64,000 nucleotides of DNA from Candidatus Niyogibacteria bacterium (GCA_016186495.1 JACPLO010000002.1:6857-70856); one strand, 5' to 3'. Positions 20,045 through 29,992 are shown, numbered from the stretch's first letter. Notes: generated by a model from the sequence alone, not told the origin. Program-made: numbers and translations.

Positions 20045-20672
20045 TATTATTCCCGCGATTAACGCGGATAATTTTGAAGAAATAAAAGAAAAAATAAAAT
20101 TGGTTGAATCGTACGCGAAATGGCTGCATTTGGATGTCGCGGACGGGACATTTACCAAAAATACTGTTTGGCATAATGCCGATGATCTTCAAGGATTGGA
20201 CGCTTCGCTTTTGATTGAAGTTCATTTAATGATTAACGATGTTGAGAAGCGCGTTGTTGATTGGTTTCTGCCTGTCATAAAAAGAATTATTTTTCATCTG
20301 GAGGCGGTAAAAGACGCTGATTTTATTATTGCCAAATGCCGAGAAGCGGGAAAAGAAGCGGGGATAGCGATAAATCCCGAAACTTCCTGGACCCGTCTTT
20401 ATCCTTATTTTGGAAAAGCGGATATGTTTCAGATTTTGGGAGTGCGTCCCGGCTTAGCCGGGCAAAAATTTAACGAAGAAGTTTTGCGTAAAATAGAAGA
20501 AGTGCGAAAAAACTGCCAAAATTGTATAATAGAAAGCGATGGCGGGATGAATGAAGAAACAGCTTTAAAGGCAGTTCAGGCCGGCGCAAATCTGATTGCC
20601 GCGGCCTCCGCGATATTTAACGATAATATTGAAGAATCTTTTAGAAGATTAAAATCAGCCGTTAACGGATAA
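20028..20672 (+). CDS. rpe: Ribulose-phosphate 3-epimerase
   Basis: HLDVADG(T)F and HLM(I)ND motifs. The start, ATG 20028 or 20037, overlaps the rpiB end. Confidence 0.85.
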   Translation: MLKMADIIPAINADNFEEIKEKIKLVESYAKWLHLDVADGTFTKNTVWHNADDLQGLDASLLIEVHLMINDVEKRVVDWFLPVIKRIIFHLEAVKDADFIIAKCREAGKEAGIAINPETSWTRLYPYFGKADMFQILGVRPGLAGQKFNEEVLRKIEEVRKNCQNCIIESDGGMNEETALKAVQAGANLIAAASAIFNDNIEESFRRLKSAVNG

Positions 20673-20685
20673 CCGCGTTTGGCTG

Positions 20686-21585
20686 ATGTTGATATTAATC
20701 ATGCATTTACACGACGATAAAATCAAAGGATTGGAAGAAATAGCCAATAAAATTCGGCAATCTATCATTGAAATGCTTATCAAAGCGGGCTCGGGGCATT
20801 CGGCCGGCCCTTTGGGCATGGCGGATGTTTTTACTTTGATGTATTTTCATGTTTTAAAGCATGATCCGAAAAATCCTGACTGGCCAGAGCGCGACCGGCT
20901 GGTTCTTTCCAACGGCCATATTTGTCCTGCGCAGTACGCGGCGATGGCGCACGCGGGGTATTTTCCGATAAAAGAATTAAATACTTTGCGCAAATTAGGC
21001 AGTCGCTTGCAAGGCCACCCTCATCGTTCAGCTTTACCCGGTTTGGAAACGACTTCCGGGCCTTTGGGTTCCGGCCTTTCGCAAGCCGTGGGAATGGCGA
21101 TTGCTTTGCGGATGGACAGTAAGAAAAACATCGTCTATTGCCTGATGTCTGACGGCGAACATGACGCTGGCCAGACTTGGGAAGCGGCAATGCTGGCCGG
21201 CCGCGAAAAATTATGGAATTTAATCGCGATAATGGACCGAAATAATATTCAGATAGACGGCAATACTGAAGACGTAATGCCTTTGGAACCGCTTCGCGAA
21301 AAATACGAATCGTTCGGCTGGCATGTGATTGACGCCGGCGGGCATGATTTTCAGGAGCTTAATTCGGCAATTGAAGAAGCAAAAGCGGTTTATGAAAAGC
21401 CGGCCATGATTATCGCCCACACCATTCCCGGCAAAGGCGTTGAATATATGGAGCGCGATTTTCGCTGGCACGGCAATCCGCCCGGCAAAGGTCCGGAAGA
21501 TAAATTTTTGAAAGACAAGCAAGGTCCGGAAGCCCTTAAAGAATTAAGGACATTATGGGGACGCATTAAAAGCGAACACGAATAA
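20686..21585 (+). CDS. Transketolase, N-terminal (TPP-binding) subunit
   Basis: GSGHSAGPLGMAD...SNGH motifs. A split tkt gene. Confidence 0.9.
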   Translation: MLILIMHLHDDKIKGLEEIANKIRQSIIEMLIKAGSGHSAGPLGMADVFTLMYFHVLKHDPKNPDWPERDRLVLSNGHICPAQYAAMAHAGYFPIKELNTLRKLGSRLQGHPHRSALPGLETTSGPLGSGLSQAVGMAIALRMDSKKNIVYCLMSDGEHDAGQTWEAAMLAGREKLWNLIAIMDRNNIQIDGNTEDVMPLEPLREKYESFGWHVIDAGGHDFQELNSAIEEAKAVYEKPAMIIAHTIPGKGVEYMERDFRWHGNPPGKGPEDKFLKDKQGPEALKELRTLWGRIKSEHE

Positions 21586-21637
21586 TAGAAAGTTAAAAAT
21601 TAAAATTCAATCCGTCGGCTGGCGGACAAAATTAAAA

Positions 21638-22633
21638 ATGATTAACAAAAACGTAAAATTAGTTAAAGAAATTTTTGATTTAAAAAAAATCAGCCAGGCG
21701 CCGACGAGGAACGGTTATGGCGAAGGTTTGATTGAAGCCGGAAAGAAAAATAAAAACATCGTGGTGCTTTGCGCGGATTTGACCGAGTCCACGCGCTCGG
21801 AAGCGTTTAAAAAAGAATTTTCGGATCGTTTCATTGAATTAGGCGTGGCGGAGCAAAATATGGCGTCAGTCGCCTCGGGAATGGCTCTCATCGGCAAAAT
21901 TCCGTTTATTTCTTCTTACGCTATGTTCAGTCCGGGCAGAAATTGGGAACAGATCAGAACAACGATTGCTTATAATAATACTCATGTGGTGATTGCCGGC
22001 GCGCATGCCGGAGTTTCGGTTGGGCCGGACGGCGCGACGCATCAAGCCATTGAAGATATCGCGATTACCCGAGTTATGCCGAATATGTCCGTGATCGTGC
22101 CTTGCGACGCGATTGAAGCAAAAAAAGCCACGATGGCTTCGGCGGGGTTAAAAGGCGCGGTTTATCTTCGTTTTGCCCGTGAAAAAACGCCGGTTTTTAC
22201 AACTTTGGAAACATCTTTTAAGATCGGCAAAGCGGAAATTTTCTGGGATTTTAACAAAAAGCCGGATGTGGCGATAATTGCTTGCGGACCGCTTTTACAT
22301 AACGCCATTTTAGCCGCGGCTGAACTTGAAAAAGAAGGAATCGCGGCGCGAGTCATCAATAATCACACTATAAAACCAATGGATGAGGAAACCATAATTA
22401 AGGCGGCAAAAGACGCGGGAGCTGTGGTCACCGTGGAAGAACATCAGATAAACGGCGGAATGGGATCGGCAGTGGCGGAGGTTTTGGCAAGAAATTATCC
22501 GGCGCCGATTGAATTTGTCGGCGTGGAGAACAGATTTGGAGAGTCGGGAGAACCGAATGAATTGATTGAACATTTCGGAATGGGAGTAAAACATATTAAA
22601 AAAGCGGCCAAAAAAGTTTTAAAAAGAAAATAA
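21638..22633 (+). CDS. Transketolase, C-terminal (pyrimidine-binding) subunit
   Basis: Transketolase Pyr and C-terminal domains, adjacent to the N-terminal subunit gene. Confidence 0.9.
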   Translation: MINKNVKLVKEIFDLKKISQAPTRNGYGEGLIEAGKKNKNIVVLCADLTESTRSEAFKKEFSDRFIELGVAEQNMASVASGMALIGKIPFISSYAMFSPGRNWEQIRTTIAYNNTHVVIAGAHAGVSVGPDGATHQAIEDIAITRVMPNMSVIVPCDAIEAKKATMASAGLKGAVYLRFAREKTPVFTTLETSFKIGKAEIFWDFNKKPDVAIIACGPLLHNAILAAAELEKEGIAARVINNHTIKPMDEETIIKAAKDAGAVVTVEEHQINGGMGSAVAEVLARNYPAPIEFVGVENRFGESGEPNELIEHFGMGVKHIKKAAKKVLKRK

Positions 22634-22641
22634 ATAATAAA

Positions 22642-23637
22642 ATGTTTGAACAAAAGTTTGATTTTATCGCGATTGGCGACACGACCACCGACGCTTTCAT
22701 CCGTTTAAAAGAAGCGTCGGCGCATATTGATATTGACAAAGGCGCGAGGGAAATTTGTATGAAATTCGCGGATAAGATTCCTTATGAAGAAGTTATTGTC
22801 GTTCCGGCGGTGGGGAACAGCGCGAATGCTTCTGTGGCCGCGGCGCGCCTCGGATTGAAAAGCGCGCTCGTTTCCAACATCGGCGGTGATTATTTTGGCA
22901 AAGAATGTCTTGCTGTTTTAAAAAAAGAAGCCGTTGCCTTAAAATTCATTAAAATCCATAAAGGCCAAAAAACGAATTACCATTATATTTTATGGTTTGA
23001 GGATGACCGGACTATTTTGATAAAACATGAAGAATTTAAATACGAATTACCCGACATTAACAGCCCCGGCTGGATTTATTTATCGTCTCTTGGCGGAAAT
23101 TCTTCGTCTTTTCATAAAAAAGTTGAAGAATTTTTATCCGAACATCCGAAGATTAAAGTCGCGTTCCAGCCCGGAACTTTTCAGATGAAAATGGGCGTGG
23201 AAGCGCTGAAGGAGATTTATCGGCGAAGCGACGTTTTTTTGTGCAATAAAGAAGAATCGCAGAGGATTTTAAAAACAGAAGAAAATGACGTTAAAAAACT
23301 TCTTTTTATGATTCGGGAATTAGGGCCGAAAATTGCCGTTATTACCGACGGCATTAAAGGCGCGTACGCTTTTGACGGCGTGAATGCCTGGTTTATGCCG
23401 CCATATCCTGACCCGAAGCCGCCTTTTGAAAGAACCGGCGCGGGCGACGCTTTTTCTTCCACTTTTGTCGTCGCTTTGGCTTGCGGCCAATTCATTGAAG
23501 ATGCGCTTCGCTGGGCTCCCATTAATGCTATGTCCGTGGTTCAGCAGGTTGGCGCGCGAGCCGGCCTTCTTTCCCGTTCTCAATTGGAACAATATCTGAA
23601 AGAAGCCCCTTCATACTATAAGCCGGAGAAAATTTAA
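22642..23637 (+). CDS. PfkB-family carbohydrate/ribokinase-like kinase
   Basis: GAGDAF anion-hole motif near the C-terminus and GG dipeptide motifs. Confidence 0.7.
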   Translation: MFEQKFDFIAIGDTTTDAFIRLKEASAHIDIDKGAREICMKFADKIPYEEVIVVPAVGNSANASVAAARLGLKSALVSNIGGDYFGKECLAVLKKEAVALKFIKIHKGQKTNYHYILWFEDDRTILIKHEEFKYELPDINSPGWIYLSSLGGNSSSFHKKVEEFLSEHPKIKVAFQPGTFQMKMGVEALKEIYRRSDVFLCNKEESQRILKTEENDVKKLLFMIRELGPKIAVITDGIKGAYAFDGVNAWFMPPYPDPKPPFERTGAGDAFSSTFVVALACGQFIEDALRWAPINAMSVVQQVGARAGLLSRSQLEQYLKEAPSYYKPEKI

Positions 23638-23641
23638 TTAT

Positions 23642-24505
23642 ATGGCGGACTTAAACGGATTTTTAAAAAAAGCGGCAGAAGAGGGCTGGGCCTTGGGGCA
23701 TTTTAATATTTCCAATCTGGAGCAGCTGCGCGCTATTTTAAACGCAGCTCAATCCGCGATGGCTCCTATTCATATCGGCACCTCCGAAGGAGAACGTGGT
23801 TTTATCGGCTTAAAGCAGGCGGTTTATCTGATCAGGGCTTTTCGCGAAGAAACAGGCCTGCCGATTTTTTTAAACGCGGATCATTGTAAAAGCGTTGCTT
23901 CGGCTAAGGAAGCGGCGGATGCCGGATACGAATCAATTCATATTGATCTTTCAACCGAGCCGTTTGAAGAAAATATCAAAGGGACGAAAGAAGCGGTGGA
24001 ATACGCCAAATCTAAAAATAAAAATATTTCCGTGGAAGGCGAACTTGGTTTTTTAAGAGGCGAATCAAAAATTCAGAAAGAAGTTGTTGAAATAAAACCG
24101 GCAGATTTTACAAAAATAAAAGAAGCCGAAGAATTCGTCAAAAAAACCGGTGTAGACCGTCTGGCGCCGGTGGTCGGAAACATTCACGGCATTGCCGCCA
24201 ATGAACCGAAATTGGACATTGAACGGATCAGAAAAATTCACGAGGCATTGCCGGAAATTACTTTGGTTCTTCATGGCGGCTCCGGCATTCCCGATGATCA
24301 AATAAAAGAAGCGATTAAAGCCGGCATTAGCAACATTCACGTCAATACGGAAATAAGAGTGGCTTACAGCGCGGCTTTGCGCCGAACTCTCGCACAAAAA
24401 CCCGAAGAAACCACGCCTTATAAATTATTTTCGGAAGCAATTAAGGCCGTGGAAGAAAAAGTAAAAGAAAAATTAACGCTATTCAACAGCGTCAATAGGA
24501 TTTAA
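23642..24505 (+). CDS. fba: Class II fructose/ketose-bisphosphate aldolase
   Basis: N-terminus EGWALGHFNISNLEQLRAIL and HGGSG motifs of the class II FBA family. Confidence 0.8.
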   Translation: MADLNGFLKKAAEEGWALGHFNISNLEQLRAILNAAQSAMAPIHIGTSEGERGFIGLKQAVYLIRAFREETGLPIFLNADHCKSVASAKEAADAGYESIHIDLSTEPFEENIKGTKEAVEYAKSKNKNISVEGELGFLRGESKIQKEVVEIKPADFTKIKEAEEFVKKTGVDRLAPVVGNIHGIAANEPKLDIERIRKIHEALPEITLVLHGGSGIPDDQIKEAIKAGISNIHVNTEIRVAYSAALRRTLAQKPEETTPYKLFSEAIKAVEEKVKEKLTLFNSVNRI

Positions 24506-24558
24506 AATTGATTAAACAGGCAGTTGATTTTTTAGCTGTTTTTTATTAAACTGTTTTT

Positions 24559-25257
24559 ATGCTGCTAAAAGTTCAGGAACGGAAAATTAAAGGAAAAAAA
24601 GTAAAAACTTTGCGCCAGCAAGGCTTGATTCCCGCTGTTCTTTACGGCGGAAACGAAAAAGAGAATACGCTTTTCAGCGTGGAAAATAATGAATTTAAAA
24701 AAGTATGGAATGAAGCGGGCGGTTCTTCGGTGATAGAATTGGAAACTCCGGCCGGAAAAAAAAATGTTTTAATCCAGGATGTGGCGTTTAATCCTTTAAA
24801 AGGCGAGCCGCTTCATATTGATTTTTACGCCGTTAGAATGGATAAACTTATTACAACGGCCGTGCCGATAGTTTTTAAAGGGGAATCTCCGGCGGTGAAA
24901 AATTTAGGCGGCATTTTGGTAAAAGTCGTGCATGAGCTTGAAGTTGAAGCCTTGCCTCAGAATTTGCCTTCGGAAATTTTAATTGATATTTCCGGCTTGG
25001 CGAATTTAAACGATCATTTTATTGTCGGCGATCTTGATTTGGAAAAAAGCGTTAAAATCAAGGCGGAAAAAGACGAAGTCATCGTTTTGGTTAAAGCGCA
25101 GGAAGAAGAAAAAGAAGAAGAAAAAGAACTCGCTCTTGAAGATATTGAAGTGGAAGCGAAAGGTAAAAAAGAAAAAGATGAAGAAGCCGGCGCAACGGCG
25201 TTATCGGAAAAATTGCCGGAAAAGCCGTTGGAAAAATCAAAAAGTGAAAAAAAGTAA
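24559..25257 (+). CDS. rplY: 50S ribosomal protein L25 (Ctc-type) with acidic/Lys-rich tail
   Basis: N-terminus KGKKVKTLRQQGLIPAVLYGG, plus a low-complexity E/K-rich C-terminus. Confidence 0.85.
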   Translation: MLLKVQERKIKGKKVKTLRQQGLIPAVLYGGNEKENTLFSVENNEFKKVWNEAGGSSVIELETPAGKKNVLIQDVAFNPLKGEPLHIDFYAVRMDKLITTAVPIVFKGESPAVKNLGGILVKVVHELEVEALPQNLPSEILIDISGLANLNDHFIVGDLDLEKSVKIKAEKDEVIVLVKAQEEEKEEEKELALEDIEVEAKGKKEKDEEAGATALSEKLPEKPLEKSKSEKK

Positions 25258-25264
25258 AAGCGTA

Positions 25265-26707
25265 ATGTTTTTTAGAAAATTTCAAACTTTTGTTTTAATT
25301 TTTATTTTTATAACGGGCGCTTTTTTAAGCGTCCGTTCCGCGTTTTCTCAAAGCCAAACCGTTGACCCCGTTAGAGGTAAGATTCCGGAGGAATCTGCCG
25401 GTTTGCCGTTAGCAAATCGGACCTCTAACGGGGTTGATCCGGCCGCGATTTTGGAACAACGGGCTAAACTGCTGGAAGAAGAAAAGGAAGTGGAAGAACA
25501 GATTGGCGGATTGATGGTTATTATTCAAAATAAACAAGGGGAAACCGCCAGTTTGGAGCGCGATATCGCCATTATTAACGCCGAGATTAAAAAAGCAAAA
25601 CTGGCCATTAAAGCCAGAACTCTGACGATTGATAATCTTAATTCATCAATCGGAGAAAAATCTAAATTTATTGTTAAACTTTTAGACAAACAAGAGCGCG
25701 AAAAAGAATCTTTAGCCGAGCTTTTGCGGCAATTGAATGAATTTGGAGACACCACTTTAGTGGAGATTATTTTGGGTTATGAAAATCTTTCCGATTTTTT
25801 CGTGAATATGGATTCTTTGGATTTTCTTCAAAAATTCATTCAGGATTCTTTTGACGAAATTAAAATAACAAAAGAGAATACTGAAGAAGAGAAGTCTATT
25901 CTGGAAGAAAAAAAGAAAGAAGAATCAGAACTCCGTTATTTGCAGGAGCTTGAGAAAAAAAGAACTGAAGAAAGAGAAAAAGAAAAGAAAAAGATTTTAG
26001 AAATTACGCGCGGCGAAGAAAATGAATACCAAAAGCTTTTGGCCAGTCGGAAGAAAGATATTGCTCAAATCAGAAATCAACTTTTTATTTTGCGTGGTTC
26101 GGACGCCATTCCTTTTGAAAAAGCCATTGAATACGCCAATATCTCATTTAAGGCAACAGGCGTGCGCCCAGCTTTTCTTTTGGGAATAATTGCCGAAGAA
26201 TCCGAATTGGGCGCTAATTTAGGGTCCGGAAATTGGAAAACTGACATGTACGATTGTTATCGCCGAATCGGCTACAATAAGTCGGCGGAAAAACAAAAAA
26301 CCGCTTTTTTAGCGATTATTTCAGAATTATTTATTGACAGTCCTGATTCAAGGCCGGTTTCCAAAGCGCCGTATTACGGCTGCGGCGGAGCCATGGGGCC
26401 GGCGCAGTTTATGCCCGCTACTTGGTGGGATCCGGTTGGCAATACGGGATATAAAAAATTGATCGCTCAATATACCGGCCATAATCCTCCGGACCCGTGG
26501 AGTCCGGAAGACGCTTTTATGGCCGCGGCGCTTTTGCTTAAAGACAACGGCGCGGCGGCCGGAGGATTTACCGCGGAACGCCGGGCAGCTTTAAGATATT
26601 TAGCCGGCGGCAATTGGAATAAGCCGGCTTACGCTTTTTACGGCGACGACGTGATGGCTTTGGCTAAAAAATATCAAGATCAGATTGATATTTTAACGGA
26701 ATCTTAA
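25265..26707 (+). CDS. Secreted coiled-coil protein with C-terminal lytic-transglycosylase (SLT/lysozyme-like) domain
   Basis: Signal/TM, long coiled coil, then EESELG (catalytic E-S) and [13 protein letters not shown] motifs. The track ORF 25022 is a 5' over-extension. Confidence 0.55.
   Translation: MFFRKFQTFVLIFIFITGAFLSVRSAFSQSQTVDPVRGKIPEESAGLPLANRTSNGVDPAAILEQRAKLLEEEKEVEEQIGGLMVIIQNKQGETASLERDIAIINAEIKKAKLAIKARTLTIDNLNSSIGEKSKFIVKLLDKQEREKESLAELLRQLNEFGDTTLVEIILGYENLSDFFVNMDSLDFLQKFIQDSFDEIKITKENTEEEKSILEEKKKEESELRYLQELEKKRTEEREKEKKKILEITRGEENEYQKLLASRKKDIAQIRNQLFILRGSDAIPFEKAIEYANISFKATGVRPAFLLGIIAEESELGANLGSGNWKTDMYDCYRRIGYNKSAEKQKTAFLAIISELFIDSPDSRPVSKAPYYGCGGAMGPAQFMPATWWDPVGNTGYKKLIAQYTGHNPPDPWSPEDAFMAAALLLKDNGAAAGGFTAERRAALRYLAGGNWNKPAYAFYGDDVMALAKKYQDQIDILTES
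25365..25434. repeat. Palindromic repeat inserted in-frame in CDS (accccgttagaggt...acctctaacggggt)
   Basis: 14-bp perfect inverted repeats 42 bp apart. It encodes DPVRG...TSNGVDP in the linker of the transglycosylase protein. Confidence 0.8.
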
Positions 26708-27579
26708 TTTTTAAAAGCTTCAATAATTGGATCAAGATCGCCGGCCATTATTTTATCCAGATTATGCCAAGATTTCTTAAGCCGGTGGTCGGTGACGCGG
26801 TCTTGAAGAAAATTGTAAGTTCTTATTTTTTCCACCCGTTCCTGGGCGCCGATTTGCTCGCGCCGCGCTTCGCGCGATTCTTTTTCTTCTTTTAAGCGCT
26901 GTTCTTCCAAAAGTTTGGCTTTCAAAATGCTCATCGCTTTTTCGCGATTTTTTTGCTGGCTTCTTTCGGCGGAAGAAAAAATGATCAGTCCGCTGGGTTT
27001 ATGAAGAAGACGGACCGCTGTTTCCACTTTATTGACGTTTTGGCCGCCCGGCCCGCCCGCTCGCGTAAAACTGATTTCCAGATCATTTGGTTTTATTTCC
27101 AAATTTTTTTCCGGATAAACGGGAAGAATCGCCACGGAAGCGGTGGAAGTGTGGATGCGGCCGCTTTTTTCCGTTTTTGGCACGCGCTGGATGCGATGGA
27201 CGCCGCTTTCATTTTTAAGGCGCGAGTAAACGCCTTTTCCTTCAATTTCGTAAACCGCTTCTTTACAGCCGCCTTGTTCGCTTTTTGATTCGTTGATTAA
27301 GGAAATTTTATAACCTTTTTTCCCCGCGTATTTTACATACATCGCGGCCAGATCATTGGCAAAAAGAGCGGCTTCTTCGCCGCCGGCGCCGGCCCTGATT
27401 TCAAAAATAATCGTCTTAGGATTTTCTTCCGAAGCTGTTTCTTCTTTTTTTGAAATTTGAGCAATTGATCGGGAAAGTTCCTGCAGTTTTTGGGATTTTT
27501 CAGAAGTCCAATTTTGCGAGAGTTCTTTAATTAACCGGTCATACTCTTGTTTTAATTTTTCAGATTCCGGATTATTCAT
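26704..27579 (-). CDS. prfA: Peptide chain release factor 1
   Basis: GGQ motif ([16 protein letters not shown]) and a PKT tripeptide (RF1 PxT type). Confidence 0.78.
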   Translation of the reverse strand: MNNPESEKLKQEYDRLIKELSQNWTSEKSQKLQELSRSIAQISKKEETASEENPKTIIFEIRAGAGGEEAALFANDLAAMYVKYAGKKGYKISLINESKSEQGGCKEAVYEIEGKGVYSRLKNESGVHRIQRVPKTEKSGRIHTSTASVAILPVYPEKNLEIKPNDLEISFTRAGGPGGQNVNKVETAVRLLHKPSGLIIFSSAERSQQKNREKAMSILKAKLLEEQRLKEEKESREARREQIGAQERVEKIRTYNFLQDRVTDHRLKKSWHNLDKIMAGDLDPIIEAFKN

Positions 27580-27806
27580 TTATTTGTTTTTCGGGATTTG
27601 GCTTTGGCTTTTTCCTGGCGCGCTTTGAATTTTTCCACTCGTCCGGCGGTATCAATCAATTTTTCTTTTCCGGTGTAAAAAGGATGGCAAGCGCCGCAAA
27701 TTTCCACCATAATATTTTTTTTAACGGAACCCACGGTTTTTTTATGGCCGCAAGCGCATTCAATAACGGCCTCATTATAGTATTGGGGATGGATGTCTTT
27801 TTTCAT
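27576..27806 (-). CDS. rpmE: 50S ribosomal protein L31
   Basis: MKKDIHPQY... with a CxxC...CxxC zinc motif. 76 aa. Confidence 0.9.
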   Translation of the reverse strand: MKKDIHPQYYNEAVIECACGHKKTVGSVKKNIMVEICGACHPFYTGKEKLIDTAGRVEKFKARQEKAKAKSRKTNK

Positions 27807-27827
27807 AAAGCTATTTTATCTTTTTAG

Positions 27828-28691
27828 TTGCAAAAACACAAGACTTCGTTTATGATATTATTTATGGTTGTAACTGACCAAGAAAATCAAAATAAAAATG
27901 AAAATAATAATTTGGCTGTCATTCAAAGCGAAGAAAAATCAGATTTAACCGCCAAAGGGCAGGAAACCGCGGTTTTAGCCGAATCCGCCATTCCCGAACG
28001 CTTTGATCAAGAGCTGGAAAAAATGTTTAAAGCCGGCGTGCATTTCGGCTATTCGCGAAGCCGGCGGCATCCTAAAATGACGCCTTATATTTTCGGTTTG
28101 CGGAACAACGCGGAAGTTTTTGATTTGGAAAAAATAAAAGTGAAACTGAAAGAAGCTTCGGCTTTTATCCGAGAGTTGGGAAAAGAGAAGAAAACCGTTG
28201 TCTTAGTGGGAACTAAACCGGCTATTCGCGATATCGTGGAAAAGGCGGCGCGAGAAGCCGGCCTGCCTTATGTGAATGAACGCTGGTTGGGCGGTTTTAT
28301 CACTAATTTTCCCGTCATCAGGAAAAGAATGGATTATTATGAGAATTTAAAAAATGAAAAAGAAAGCGGCGGCCTGGAAAAATACACCAAAAAGGAACGT
28401 TTGGAAATCGCGAAAGAATTAGCGGTACTGGGAAGAAATTTTGACAGTTTGCTGGCGTTAAAAAAACTTCCCGACGCTCTTTTAATTGTTGATCCTGAAA
28501 ATGAAAAAACAGCCGCCAAAGAAGCGGCGGATAAAAAAATTCCCGTGGTCGCTATTTTGAATAGCGACAGCAATCCGGAAAATATTTCTTATCCTATTCC
28601 GGCCAATGACGCTTCCCGGGCGAGCGTGGATTATTTATTGTCAAAAATTACCGAGGCTTATCAAGAAATTACCGATGCGCCGAAGACATGA
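27828..28691 (+). CDS. rpsB: 30S ribosomal protein S2 (with N-terminal extension or later start)
   Basis: MFKAGVHFGYSRSRRHPKM is the S2 signature. The conserved core starts ~55 codons into the ORF. Confidence 0.85.
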   Translation: MQKHKTSFMILFMVVTDQENQNKNENNNLAVIQSEEKSDLTAKGQETAVLAESAIPERFDQELEKMFKAGVHFGYSRSRRHPKMTPYIFGLRNNAEVFDLEKIKVKLKEASAFIRELGKEKKTVVLVGTKPAIRDIVEKAAREAGLPYVNERWLGGFITNFPVIRKRMDYYENLKNEKESGGLEKYTKKERLEIAKELAVLGRNFDSLLALKKLPDALLIVDPENEKTAAKEAADKKIPVVAILNSDSNPENISYPIPANDASRASVDYLLSKITEAYQEITDAPKT

Positions 28692-28732
28692 AGGCAATAA
28701 GGAAAAAAAGCAAAAAATTCTGATAAAAAAAT

Positions 28733-28862
28733 GAATCCCGTTAGAGATTAAAGACTTTATTTTTTAACGGAATTTAAAAATATCTTTAATAATGATAATT
28801 AGAAATTATAAGAATAATTTACGGAAATGATTAAAATCATTTCCTATCTCTAACGGGATGAA
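28733..28862. repeat. 130-bp palindromic element, copy A (TIR atcccgttagagat / atctctaacgggat)
   Basis: About 90% identical to copies at 43461 and 50474. It has an internal perfect hairpin, ggaaatgatt-aaaa-tcatttcc. The tsf ATG at 28858 lies in the right TIR. Confidence 0.9.
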
Positions 28863-29445
28863 GAATAATTTAGATATTGTTAAAAAATTAAGAGAAGAAA
28901 CCAATGTTTCGGTAATGGCTTGTAAAAAAGCTTTAGAACGAGCGGAAGGCGATTTTAGCCGGGCTTTGGCGTTTTTGAAAAGAGAGAGCGCCGGAATCGC
29001 GGACAAGAAGAGTGACCGCCGGACCAGTTCCGGTTTAGTGGCGTCTTATATCCATTTGGGAGGAAAAATAGGCGTTTTGGCGGAAGTAAGATGCGAGACC
29101 GATTTTGTGGCGCGAAATGACGCTTTTAAAGAATTTGCCGGAAATATCGCGATGCATATCGCGGCGATGGATCCCCATTTTTTGTCTTTAGATCAGGCGC
29201 CGTTGGAAATTAAAAAAGAAATGAGGGAAATTTTTGAAAAAGAGGCCGCGGAAACGGGCAAACCAGCGGAAATAAAAGAAAAAATTGTTAACGGCAAACT
29301 GGAAACTTATCTAAAAGAAAAAAGCCTTTATTCCCAGTTTTACGTCAAAAATCAGGATATTACGGTGGAAGAATATATCAAGGAAACTATCCAGAAATTC
29401 GGCGAGAACATCGTTGTTTCCCGTTTTGCGCGCTTTGTTGTTTAG
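28858..29445 (+). CDS. tsf: Elongation factor Ts (short form)
   Basis: VMACKKALERAEGDFSRALAFLK UBA-like N-terminus, 195 aa. It lies downstream of rpsB as in the canonical operon. Confidence 0.85.
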   Translation: MKNNLDIVKKLREETNVSVMACKKALERAEGDFSRALAFLKRESAGIADKKSDRRTSSGLVASYIHLGGKIGVLAEVRCETDFVARNDAFKEFAGNIAMHIAAMDPHFLSLDQAPLEIKKEMREIFEKEAAETGKPAEIKEKIVNGKLETYLKEKSLYSQFYVKNQDITVEEYIKETIQKFGENIVVSRFARFVV

Positions 29446-29453
29446 CTGAAATT

Positions 29454-29876
29454 ATGTTTTTTTTCTTAATTTTAATTATTGTTTCTTTTTTTGGAATTTT
29501 AACGACTATTTTCAGGCATTGGCCGCGCGTCCGTTCTTTGCCGCCGGAAGAGATTTCTTCGGTTTTAGCGGGGAGCCGTTCATTTTTGGACGGATTTATT
29601 TTTGGTTTTCTTATTCCGTCTTTCCGGCGCGTTCAGAGCAGTTGCGTGCCGATATTTTACGTTACTTCGGAAAAAACCGTCAGGCGGTCGCGCCTTTTAA
29701 TCCTTAAAATAGAGAGCCGCCTTCAAAAAATAACCGACCATTTGAAAGGCAGGCGGATTTTGAACGTCCAAAACAAAAATAATGGCCGCAATTATGAATA
29801 CTGGCAGGAGATAAACGAACATCAAAACGGTTTAAAAGAGGAAATAAAAGAAGGAGAAAAACCTAAGCCGAGGTAG
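29454..29876 (+). CDS. Hypothetical membrane-anchored protein
   Basis: N-terminal TM. No family recognised. Confidence 0.4.
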   Translation: MFFFLILIIVSFFGILTTIFRHWPRVRSLPPEEISSVLAGSRSFLDGFIFGFLIPSFRRVQSSCVPIFYVTSEKTVRRSRLLILKIESRLQKITDHLKGRRILNVQNKNNGRNYEYWQEINEHQNGLKEEIKEGEKPKPR

Positions 29877-29899
29877 CTCAAAAGCAGAGCAATGGTTTT
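29867..29899 (+). pseudogene. tRNA-like 5' half (acceptor + D-arm), partner of 3' half at 30016-30048
   Basis: GCCGAGG-TA-GCTC-AAAAGCA-GAGC-A-ATGGT... aligns to positions 1-33 of the adjacent tRNA-Thr. Its acceptor strand pairs 6 of 7 with the downstream CCTCGAC. Confidence 0.45.
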
Positions 29900-29900
29900 G

Positions 29901-29918
29901 CCCGCCCCGTTAGAAATG
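29901..29918. repeat. Left 18-bp inverted repeat ccccgttagaaatgccga flanking tRNA-Thr
   Basis: Exact reverse complement of 29993-30010. Confidence 0.85.
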
Positions 29919-29989
29919 CCGACGTAGCTCAGTGGTAGAGCAACGGTTTTGTAAACCGTAGGTCGTGGGTTCAAATCCCTCCGTCGGCT
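29918..29989 (+). tRNA. tRNA-Thr (TGT)
   Basis: Hand fold: acceptor GCCGACG/CGTCGGC, D-stem GCTC/GAGC, anticodon stem ACGGT/ACCGT with loop TTTGTAA, T-loop TTCAAAT. 72 nt. Confidence 0.8.
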
Positions 29990-29992
29990 CAT

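Noticed and set aside
24506-24558. Possible terminator after fba (aaacag…ctgttt + T-run)
   Set aside because: The stem is interrupted and weak. It is not convincing enough to call.
25022-25264. 5' extension of the 561-aa ORF over the L25 C-terminus (K-rich translation)
   Set aside because: It is a different frame reading of L25's lysine/glutamate-rich tail. The signal peptide of the real protein begins at ATG 25265.
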